19,245 nucleotides of DNA from Candidatus Oleincola secundus (GCA_018400815.1 JAGYLS010000031.1:1-19245), one strand, 5' to 3'. Shown: positions 1 to 7,301, counted from the stretch's first letter. Numbers and translations are program-made. The notes: generated from the sequence alone by a model not told the origin.

Positions 1-960
1 AATAACTTCATTCCCAAATAATTTCGTGATACTTCTTTTGGCAATTTCGGAAATCTTTGGATCATTAAAACATGACAATGATCCAACTGTATAATCAAGT
101 TCTGCCCTGGCATTAAAAGTAGAGGCAGTTTTATCAATAATCCGTTTAATAATTGAAGGAAAATTATGCTGTATATCCGGGTTAAAACTTCTGGTAGTCC
201 CTTCTAAAATAACCTCATTACAAATGACATTAAAATTGAATCCACCGTTTATCTTTCCCAAAGTTACCACCGCCGGCTCCAAGGGATTGATTTCTCGGCT
301 TACTATAGTTTGCAAATTCATGACAATTGCAGATGCTGCAACAATTGCATCTATGCCTAAATGTGGAACAGCGCCATGGCTGCCTTTTCCTTTTACAGTG
401 ATTTTAAATCTATCCCCTGCAGCAAATCGAGGGCCTGGTTCCAGGGAAACTTTGCCAACAGGAAACTGAGACCAAATATGGATCCCCAGAATAGCATCAA
501 CTCCATCTAATACCCCTTCATCCAGCATTTTTTTGGCACCTTCTACAATTTCTTCTGCTGGCTGGAATATTAACTTAACTGTTCCATTTAGCTGGTCTTT
601 CAGTTCCCATAAAATTTTAGCAGCAATTAAGAGCATGGAAATATGACTATCATGCCCGCAGGCATGCATAACACCCTTATTCTTTGATTTGTAAGATATG
701 TCATCATTGGCCTCTTGTATTGGTAATGCATCCATATCTGCTCTCAAAGCTACTACCTTGCCATTTTCTTTTCCTTTTATTGTTCCAACAATGCCAGTAT
801 TGGCAACTCTTTGCACATCAATCCCTATTTTTTTAAGTTCTTCCTCTATTCTTCTTGATGTACGAATTTCTTTCCAGCTAATTTCCGGATTTTGATGAAA
901 TTCCCTTCTTAAAGCAATAATTTCTTTCTTGTATTTTTCTGATAATTCTCTAACATTCAC
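1..960 (-). CDS. M20D-family amidohydrolase (N-acyl-amino acid/IAA-conjugate hydrolase-like), 3' end beyond left edge
   Basis: Not in ORF track. Manual minus-strand translation from GTG at 960: (M)NVRELSEKYKKEIIALRREFHQNPEISWKE...VALRADMDALPIQE...GVMHACGHDSH...IFQPAEE...GIHIWS...GKGSHGAVPHLGIDAI, open to base 1 (320 codons). These are the M20D metal-binding motifs. GGAGGG RBS at 977-972. Confidence 0.93.
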   Translation of the reverse strand, partial: MNVRELSEKYKKEIIALRREFHQNPEISWKEIRTSRRIEEELKKIGIDVQRVANTGIVGTIKGKENGKVVALRADMDALPIQEANDDISYKSKNKGVMHACGHDSHISMLLIAAKILWELKDQLNGTVKLIFQPAEEIVEGAKKMLDEGVLDGVDAILGIHIWSQFPVGKVSLEPGPRFAAGDRFKITVKGKGSHGAVPHLGIDAIVAASAIVMNLQTIVSREINPLEPAVVTLGKINGGFNFNVICNEVILEGTTRSFNPDIQHNFPSIIKRIIDKTASTFNARAELDYTVGSLSCFNDPKISEIAKRSITKLFGNEVI

Positions 961-1003
961 TTGTTACGTCTCCCTCCATATAATGCTATAACAACCACAA
1001 CAA

Positions 1004-1384
1004 CTAATTCTTTAAGGCAATAGCATCTATTTCAATCAGGACATCCTGAGGAAAGGTCTTCACGGTAATAGTGGTACGAGCAGGGGGATTATCCGGGAAA
1101 ATATCCTGAAACACATCATTCATGTCCTTAAAATCATCAATATTTAATAGAAAGGCACTTATCTTTACGATATCTTTTAGGCCTAAATCTTCAGTTGCTA
1201 AAATTTGTTCGATATTTTTAAAAACTTGTCTTGTTTGTTTTCTTATATCTTTCTCTATCAGTTTATTTGTCTGAGGATCAATGGGTAATTGCCCTGAGAC
1301 AAAAACAAATCCTCCAGCAGCAATTCCCTGGGAATATACTCCCAAAGGCTTGGGTGCTTTACTACTATAGATAGTTTTTTTCAT
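1004..1384 (-). CDS. ridA: RidA/YjgF/UK114 family reactive-intermediate (enamine/imine) deaminase
   Basis: APKPLGVYSQG, FVSGQLP, PPARTT (catalytic Arg) and IEIDAIA motifs. Start moved from 1420 to the ATG at 1384 (MKKTIYS), which has a GAGGAG RBS and lies 1 nt past the upstream stop. Confidence 0.9.
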   Translation of the reverse strand: MKKTIYSSKAPKPLGVYSQGIAAGGFVFVSGQLPIDPQTNKLIEKDIRKQTRQVFKNIEQILATEDLGLKDIVKISAFLLNIDDFKDMNDVFQDIFPDNPPARTTITVKTFPQDVLIEIDAIALKN

Positions 1385-1385
1385 A

Positions 1386-2111
1386 TTATTTCTTCTCCTC
1401 TCCATACGATTTCCCTTCAAAAATGGCTCTAATTTCTGCTGCAGTAGTTGCTTTAGAAAGTGCTGACATACGGTTGTGCTCTTCTTGCCGTAATAATTCG
1501 AGATTTTTTGCTACTTGCTCAAGTTTATCGGCAGGAAATTTGCAGGCACCGTTTTCATCCATATGGATAATTTCACCGGGGGAAACGTCCATTCCGGCTA
1601 CTGAAACTGGGGTATTTATCGAATGGACTGCAAAATCTCCATGTCCAGCGGTAACTCCGGTTAACATATATTGAAATTTCATGGGGCGAATTTCATCTAT
1701 ATCACGTGATGGTCCATCTGAGATGACGCCCACACAGCCTATTGCTTTCATTGCGGTGGTCATATTGCCTCCTGATAGCCCTACTTTCCCAGCTATTTCT
1801 GGTGGGAATATCTGCTTAATTATCAATATTGTTGGCTTTTTTGATTCTTCCAGCGCATCAATGACATCCATAAAAGTAAGTCGGGAATAATTAGCATCCG
1901 GCATACCAAAGGTACAGGTCACAGCATAACCTGCAGTTGGGCCAAGCTCAGGGTACATACAGCGTACTGATTGGTCTGTATACCAATTTTGTGTCCAGGG
2001 ATTATAAAGTCCGAGACACACCGGATTTGTAGGGTAAGTTGCTACCACATTGGTAACTGATGGAGTATCATGTTCTTTAATTTTTTCTAATAATTCTCTT
2101 TCTTTTGACAT
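1386..2111 (-). CDS. RraA-family protein (HMG/CHA aldolase-like, 241 aa)
   Basis: GYAVT, SGGNMTTAMKAIGCVGVISDGPSRDIDEI (DGxxRD metal/pyruvate site) and VSPGEIIHMDENG match the RraA-like/LigK fold. AAGGAGG RBS upstream of the ATG. Confidence 0.85.
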   Translation of the reverse strand: MSKERELLEKIKEHDTPSVTNVVATYPTNPVCLGLYNPWTQNWYTDQSVRCMYPELGPTAGYAVTCTFGMPDANYSRLTFMDVIDALEESKKPTILIIKQIFPPEIAGKVGLSGGNMTTAMKAIGCVGVISDGPSRDIDEIRPMKFQYMLTGVTAGHGDFAVHSINTPVSVAGMDVSPGEIIHMDENGACKFPADKLEQVAKNLELLRQEEHNRMSALSKATTAAEIRAIFEGKSYGEEKK

Positions 2112-2293
2112 TTTTCCTCCTTTTATTTTTTAAAATCTGCCAAATTTTTTTGTATCACAAGGTCCTCTATTGTTAACATGTTATCCTTTCATTAATATAA
2201 ATAATATAAATGTTATCTGATTTGCAATGATAAATTTTTATTATATATTTTGGCTTTAACATAAAAACTTATCTATTATAATACTTATGCTCT

Positions 2294-3166
2294 CTATTCT
2301 CTAGCTCTTCCTACTAAAATAATTAAATCTACTGTTATATTATTAATTTCTAAAAATTATCTTTTTTCATATCTTTCTTTTTATGCTCCAGACGAGGGTG
2401 TCATTTTAATTAGTTCTATAATATTATCCTGGTCTATTTCTTGTTGATATAACAATTGTTTTGACTTATTATCTTAAAATTTCTTTGAAATAGATTGATA
2501 ACTTCTTCATTGGAATAACCTTTCTCTTTTTGTTGATAAAATGTTTTCAATTTCCCGAGATAGTGCTTACCACCGGAATAACTTTTATTAATAATCCATT
2601 GCTTTTAGAATCCTGGTAAATTCCATAGTTAGCCGGAGACAAAATATTTATAATAAAATCAAACTTTTATCCTTCATTGGAATATTGGCCAAATCGGCAA
2701 CACACCAAATATTGCCGGATATTCAATAGCGGCAATATGAATTCCTTCTTTGGAAATATCAAGACCTATTCCGACACATATTCAAGATTTGAGTGATTAT
2801 GTAGATATTTTGATATAGCTGCTAAATTCGAGCCTTCTCCACATCCGGCATCCAATATTTTTAAATGGCTTATTTCTTTATCACTAATTTCTTTTAAGAT
2901 AATATCGTCTATTTTTTTTATTAGTTTTTGGAAAAAAAACCATTTTAGGAATTTTTTTGTCTGGCAGTGAACATCTGCTTGTCATATTTTGAATGCACCG
3001 GGTTATTCAATAAATTAATATAACCGCTTTTAGATAAATCAAAACAATGCTCCTTTAAACATAGTAAAGAATTGTCCTTGACAGACATTGACTGTTTACA
3101 TATTGGGCATCTAAATATATCTATATTATTTTTAATTACATTTTGGCTATATCTATCTTTTTTCAT
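2294..3166 (-). pseudogene. Frameshifted RlmA/YxjB-like zinc-finger SAM-dependent rRNA methyltransferase
   Basis: N-terminal zinc-ribbon CPIC...CLKEHCFDLSKSGYINLL in ORF 2945-3166. The rest is split across shifting frames: KILDAGCGEG, GIGLDISKEGI, WCVADLANIP, FDFIINILSPANY, EFTRILK, NGLLIKVIP, IKMTP, ITVDLIILVGRARE* (stop at 2296-2294). Could be an intact gene with sequencing errors. Confidence 0.85.
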
Positions 3167-3227
3167 AAAATCTTAAATTTGATTTAGAATATAATATGTT
3201 TTCAGATAGCCCTATTATTCTTGACAG

Positions 3228-4529
3228 TCATCGTTTTAATTTTGATAATTTTTTTGTTAATTTTTTAGCTAATGCACAAATAGTTAAGATAGGAGGCATA
3301 CCAGGAGATCTTGGTAAAACGCTTGCATCACAAACATAAAGATTTTCTATCTCTGTTTGCAAATCCTTATCTACAATCTTTCCGATAGCTGCTGTTCCTC
3401 CGGGGTGAGCACCCTGTACTTTGGAAAACAATATAGAATTTGATTTAGCCCCTGCCTTTAATAAGATTTCTTTTGCAATAGCCGAACCTTCTCTTAGCCT
3501 TTTCCAGTCTTCATCTGTTATCGGTTTAGAGATAGTGCCATTGGAATAGACATGACCGTTAGTATCATCTGCAGTTTTATTCATAATTCCTATTAAGCGA
3601 TTAGAGGGTAAAGCAAGTCCCTTGGGCCCTAATTCAATAAACCTGACCATTGGGCTTGTATTAATAAATGTTGACAAAATAAAACCTTTTTTATCATGAA
3701 ATTCACCATCAATCAAGGCCATAACGGGTTCATTTTTTTGACTAATATTATCAGTCACTCCATAGGTATTCATTAATAAGTCAACAAAAAGTCCTGATCC
3801 TGCGTTTTGAATTCCGGAATTTTGCAGAATAATCGGTGTACCTAAACCACCTGCAGCCAGGATAACAATGTCTGCAAAATAATCTTGCCATCCATTTTGG
3901 CTAACACCTCTAACCCCGATTGCTTTTCCTTTATCAGAAAGAACCCGCTCTATAGAAACATTATATTCAATCCCTACTCCTTGCTCTATTGCTTTATCCA
4001 GGTAATCCAAGGCTGTCCATTTGGCATCTCGGGAACATCCAAAAGCACACTGACCACAGTTTTTACATTTCTCAGGATCAATAAATTTTGGCATTGGCTG
4101 CATCTTATAACCTAATTCTTTTGCTGCCTGCATAATTTTTTTTGAACCTGTTGACAAAAATTCCTCAGAAATAGGTTTAACATTCATCTCCTTTTCAGTC
4201 TCTATAAGCTCCTCTTCAAGATCAATTCCAAGATCGGAAAGTTCTTTCTGCAAACACCGTGTCCCATTCCCACAGGAAACTATCGTAGACCCACCTGCCA
4301 TAATGGTCCTCCAAATAATTACCCCTTCTTTTGATTTCCTCGGTATTTTGGTTAATTGATTTGCATCATAGAAACGAAGAGAGTCCTGAAATGTTCCTAA
4401 TTTCTTTTCATATTTACCCTTCTCTAATACAAGTACTGTTTTGCCTTTATTGCTTAACTCTTTGGCTAGGGTTGCTCCTCCTGCACCAGTACCAACAACT
4501 AAATAATCAACTTTTTTCTTGTCCATCAT
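3228..4529 (-). CDS. GMC-family FAD-dependent oxidoreductase with ferredoxin-like Cys motif
   Basis: VVGTGAGG dinucleotide-binding motif, MAGGST, ILAAGGLGTPIIL, C-terminal HPGGTA and NLYVCDASVLP..PG.PP.LTI. Internal CKNCGQCAFGC. AGGAGG RBS 6 nt upstream of the ATG. Confidence 0.88.
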   Translation of the reverse strand: MMDKKKVDYLVVGTGAGGATLAKELSNKGKTVLVLEKGKYEKKLGTFQDSLRFYDANQLTKIPRKSKEGVIIWRTIMAGGSTIVSCGNGTRCLQKELSDLGIDLEEELIETEKEMNVKPISEEFLSTGSKKIMQAAKELGYKMQPMPKFIDPEKCKNCGQCAFGCSRDAKWTALDYLDKAIEQGVGIEYNVSIERVLSDKGKAIGVRGVSQNGWQDYFADIVILAAGGLGTPIILQNSGIQNAGSGLFVDLLMNTYGVTDNISQKNEPVMALIDGEFHDKKGFILSTFINTSPMVRFIELGPKGLALPSNRLIGIMNKTADDTNGHVYSNGTISKPITDEDWKRLREGSAIAKEILLKAGAKSNSILFSKVQGAHPGGTAAIGKIVDKDLQTEIENLYVCDASVLPRSPGMPPILTICALAKKLTKKLSKLKR

Positions 4530-4679
4530 GCATAGCCTCCTTTACTTCAATATAATAATTGTCAGAAAACATTTTTCCTTGCAGAATATTTTGGAAAAAT
4601 TTCATATGATAATGAGTGGAGAAAAAATGGTTAATTCAATGCATTCTATATCTATAATATTAGGAATATTTTTTATTTA

Positions 4680-4688
4680 ATTATATCA
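4680..4688 (-). promoter_or_regulatory. Candidate extended -10 promoter for the GMC oxidoreductase gene
   Basis: Minus strand reads TGATATAAT (TGnTATAAT) about 150 nt upstream of the start. No good -35, and the AT-rich context makes chance matches likely. Confidence 0.35.
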
Positions 4689-4793
4689 TCATGCCAAAAC
4701 CAGGTGTTAGAAAGTAAAAAACTTTTATTTTTTTATTTTTAAAGGTAAAATAATATAAGTAAAACTAAATAAATAAAAAAGGAGTTTAATAAA

Positions 4794-6677
4794 ATGAAAA
4801 AGAAATTTTGGTTGTTTTTCTTTAGCACATTTCTTTTGCTCTTTTGTTTGTGTTTGGCGATGTTTAGCAGCTCAGTAGTTGCTCAGGAGTTTTCAGCTCG
4901 AATTAGAATTGAACAGCCAGAGGAAACTTTTCAATTCGATTATTTTGTAAAAGATCATCTTTACCGACTGGAGGGCAAAGACAGCAGCGGGGAACCCATG
5001 GTGATTATTGCTAACCGTAAAGATGATTCTTATATTGGCCTGCATCCGATTATGAAATTTTACATGGAATTTTCCCGGGAAGAAATGTTCCTGTTTAATC
5101 CAATTATCGGGTGGGAAATGATTACAAATGAATATGAAGAGGAAAAAGCAGGAACAGAGGTTATTGCCGGTTTTGAATGTGAAAAATATGTCTATACCCA
5201 GCAAGGTATGGATGGAGTTATAGAGGCCTGGTATTCCCCTGAGTTAAACCAGAGAATAAAAATAATTGTTCCTCTGATTAACTCTGAGCAAAGTATCTTT
5301 GAATTACTGGATATAAAACTAATGTCTCAAAGTGAAGAAAAATTCCGGGTCCCTGCAGATTATGAAATAATAAGTTCCCCTGCTGAACAGGTACAGGCAG
5401 AAGAGCCAGAAAAAAGCTCTGGAATCAGTTCATCTGATTTTTCTGCTAACATTAAAGGCGAATCACCAATTGGAAGAATACTGGCAGCAGAAAACATAAT
5501 GCAGGTAAAGGTTATTCCTTCTCTGGAAAAAAACCTGGTCATGGAAAATATAAGTGATAAAGATGCCTCAATGACCATTATTCCTTATCGTTCAGGAGAA
5601 GCTATTGATAATCAAATTATTGAGAAAACTATCTCAGCAAAAGGAAAAACCAAGCCTTCCTTCAGCAGCAGTTTAAAAGTAGATGAAATTGAGATAAAAA
5701 TTAATGAGGGAACCGTTAAGGCAACAGTTCTTCAGGAATCCTTTTTTACAGATGAAATTGAGCGAAATGAATATTACCTATTTGAAAATTTTGGCCAGGG
5801 ATTATTTTTCAGTGAAGAAAAACAAGTCCAATTAATGATTACCGGTGATAATGAAACATCCGGAATATCAAAATGCAAAATTACTTTTTTCAAAGGAGAA
5901 TATGAGAATCCTATAGAAAAATTAGAACTTTCTTTACAAAATAGTGAAACCAGGCAATGGGAATTTCAACCGGGAGAAGTTAAGACTATGGATATTGTTA
6001 CCGGGGATTCCAATGGAGGAGTAAAGGTTATCCTGGAGCAATGGACTCCTAAGAAAAGAGAATTATCAAAAGAGGAAATTGATCAATTAGTTCAGGATAT
6101 CTATCAAAATAATTTAACCACAGTTCACAAAATGCTCCAATCAGGCATAGATCAAAATTTAATGGCTTTTGCGACAGATTCTCTATTAATGACTGCCTGT
6201 GCCCATGGAACAGCAGATATGGTTTCATTGCTTCTGGATTATCAACCGGATATTCACTATCAAGACATGTATGGAAATAATGCCTTGACAAAGGCAGCAG
6301 ATAATTACGATCATTACCAGAAAATTGTTCCAATGCTGTTGAATGCCGGAATCAACCCTAATTCTAAAGTAGGAAATGCAGAGCAGATTAATTCCACTGC
6401 ATTTGGTAAAATTACTGCCAGGGCTTTGCAAAAACAAGATGAAGAAGATTACCAAATAATCAAATTATTTCTGGAAAAGGATGTTGATGTCAACCTGTCT
6501 CCAAAAACCGGGACTACACCGCTTATGCAAGCTGTTTATAAAGGAAATCTAAAATTAGTAAAGCTTTTTCTGGAATACAAAGCAGATCCAAACTTAAAAG
6601 ATGCCAAAGGATTAAGTGCTTTAGATATGGCAAAAAATAAAGGCCATAAGGAGATTTTAAAATCATTAGAGCAATAA
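4794..6677 (+). CDS. Secreted multidomain protein: signal peptide, DUF4412-like domain, unassigned middle region, C-terminal ankyrin repeats
   Basis: MKKK plus hydrophobic core plus VVA|QE cleavage site. GTEVIAGFECEKY...WYSPEL...FRVPADY resembles DUF4412/LolA-like domains. Ankyrin-type repeats DSLLMTACAHG, GNNALTKAA, GTTPLMQAVYKGNLKLVKLFLEYKADPN, GLSALDMA. AAGGAG RBS. Confidence 0.85.
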   Translation: MKKKFWLFFFSTFLLLFCLCLAMFSSSVVAQEFSARIRIEQPEETFQFDYFVKDHLYRLEGKDSSGEPMVIIANRKDDSYIGLHPIMKFYMEFSREEMFLFNPIIGWEMITNEYEEEKAGTEVIAGFECEKYVYTQQGMDGVIEAWYSPELNQRIKIIVPLINSEQSIFELLDIKLMSQSEEKFRVPADYEIISSPAEQVQAEEPEKSSGISSSDFSANIKGESPIGRILAAENIMQVKVIPSLEKNLVMENISDKDASMTIIPYRSGEAIDNQIIEKTISAKGKTKPSFSSSLKVDEIEIKINEGTVKATVLQESFFTDEIERNEYYLFENFGQGLFFSEEKQVQLMITGDNETSGISKCKITFFKGEYENPIEKLELSLQNSETRQWEFQPGEVKTMDIVTGDSNGGVKVILEQWTPKKRELSKEEIDQLVQDIYQNNLTTVHKMLQSGIDQNLMAFATDSLLMTACAHGTADMVSLLLDYQPDIHYQDMYGNNALTKAADNYDHYQKIVPMLLNAGINPNSKVGNAEQINSTAFGKITARALQKQDEEDYQIIKLFLEKDVDVNLSPKTGTTPLMQAVYKGNLKLVKLFLEYKADPNLKDAKGLSALDMAKNKGHKEILKSLEQ

Positions 6678-6722
6678 GTTGCTGCACTATGTAGATGATT
6701 GCTTTTTAAAAACATATAATAA

Positions 6723-6769
6723 ATAAGATAAAAACTCCTTTATTTTGAATTAAGGGGTTTTTATCTTAT
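6723..6769 (+). terminator. 18-bp stem-loop, probable intrinsic (possibly bidirectional) terminator of the ankyrin gene
   Basis: ATAAGATAAAAACTCCTT (6723-6740) pairs with AAGGGGTTTTTATCTTAT (6752-6769) with one G-U pair. The GC core is followed by TTTTT; 45 nt after the stop at 6677. Confidence 0.7.
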
Positions 6770-6772
6770 AAT
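6745..6772 (+). promoter_or_regulatory. Candidate sigma70-type promoter for the downstream operon
   Basis: TTGAAT (6745-6750), 16-nt spacer, TATAAT (6767-6772). Confidence 0.5.
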
Positions 6773-6847
6773 AGTATTAAAAAGTTAATATAAGTAACAA
6801 AAAGGTAATCCAATTACCATATTAAAATGTACCAGAGGAAAACAGAA

Positions 6848-6973
6848 ATGAAGAAAAAACTCTATCGCTCAAAGAAAGATAAAATTATAAACTGTAAAAT
6901 ATTAACACCACAACAACGTATAATAATTAATCAAAAAATTGATAATAAATTATTTATAAATAGAGGGGTTTAA
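6848..6973 (+). pseudogene. 41-codon ORF whose first 14 residues resemble a PspC-domain N-terminus (probable gene remnant)
   Basis: AGAGGA RBS-like sequence, then ATG at 6848: MKKKLYRSKKDKII-NCKILTPQQRIIINQKIDNKLFINRGV*. KKLYRSxxDxxI is the typical PspC start, but the expected (A)GVCGG(L/I)AEY and transmembrane helix are absent. Confidence 0.55.
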
Positions 6974-6975
6974 AA

Positions 6976-7260
6976 ATGATTGAAAAAAAGAAAAAATTTG
7001 ATATTTATAAAGAAGCATCATCAACTGATCATTATTTTTATTTGAATAATGGAACTCCATTGAAAAACTTAGCCGAACTAATTGATCAATTGGTGAATAT
7101 GGATCAGAGTTTGTTTAATTATCATGTTAATAAAAAAAATAATGATTTTGCCAAATGGGTACACGATGTATTTGGCGAAAAAGAACTGGCAAGAAGAATG
7201 AATATGTCTCGTTCTCCACAAGGAATGTTAAAATCAATTACCAAATACCTGGAATCATAA
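6976..7260 (+). CDS. Small DUF5752-like protein (94 aa), function unknown
   Basis: FYLNNG..LKNLAEL..L..MD...FNYHV....NDFAKWVHDVFGEKELARRM matches my recollection of the DUF5752 pattern (F.F..G...NL.E......YH....DFS.W......LA). AGAGGGG RBS at 6962-6968. Confidence 0.7.
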   Translation: MIEKKKKFDIYKEASSTDHYFYLNNGTPLKNLAELIDQLVNMDQSLFNYHVNKKNNDFAKWVHDVFGEKELARRMNMSRSPQGMLKSITKYLES

Positions 7261-7262
7261 AT

Positions 7263-7288
7263 TATCTTATAAGATAGAATAAGATAGA
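7263..7288. repeat. 14-bp perfect palindrome overlapping a 2 x 10-bp tandem repeat
   Basis: TATCTTATAAGATA at 7263-7276; ATAAGATAGA at 7269-7278 and 7279-7288, directly before the glgE RBS. Confidence 0.6.
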
Positions 7289-7301
7289 AAGGATTTTTCA
7301 A

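Noticed and set aside
224..895. Plus-strand ORFs 224-469 and 698-895
   Set aside because: Antisense shadows of the M20D amidohydrolase on the minus strand; no RBS or recognisable motifs.
1385..1420. 12-aa N-terminal extension of RidA in the ORF track
   Set aside because: It overlaps the upstream gene; the ATG at 1384 has a proper RBS and gives the normal family length (126 aa).
1423..1890. Plus-strand ORFs 1423-1674 and 1681-1890
   Set aside because: Antisense shadows of the RraA-family gene.
2930..2960. Programmed frameshifting or phase variation at the homopolymer runs in the methyltransferase gene
   Set aside because: About nine more frame changes follow downstream, so one slippage event cannot restore the protein.
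2945..3166. 73-aa ORF as an independent zinc-finger protein
   Set aside because: It is the 5' fragment of the disrupted RlmA/YxjB-like gene; the methyltransferase motifs continue downstream in other frames.
3885..6455. Short ORFs opposite the GMC and ankyrin genes (3885, 4331, 4893, 5360, 6049, 6225)
   Set aside because: All overlap well-supported genes on the other strand and show no family motifs.
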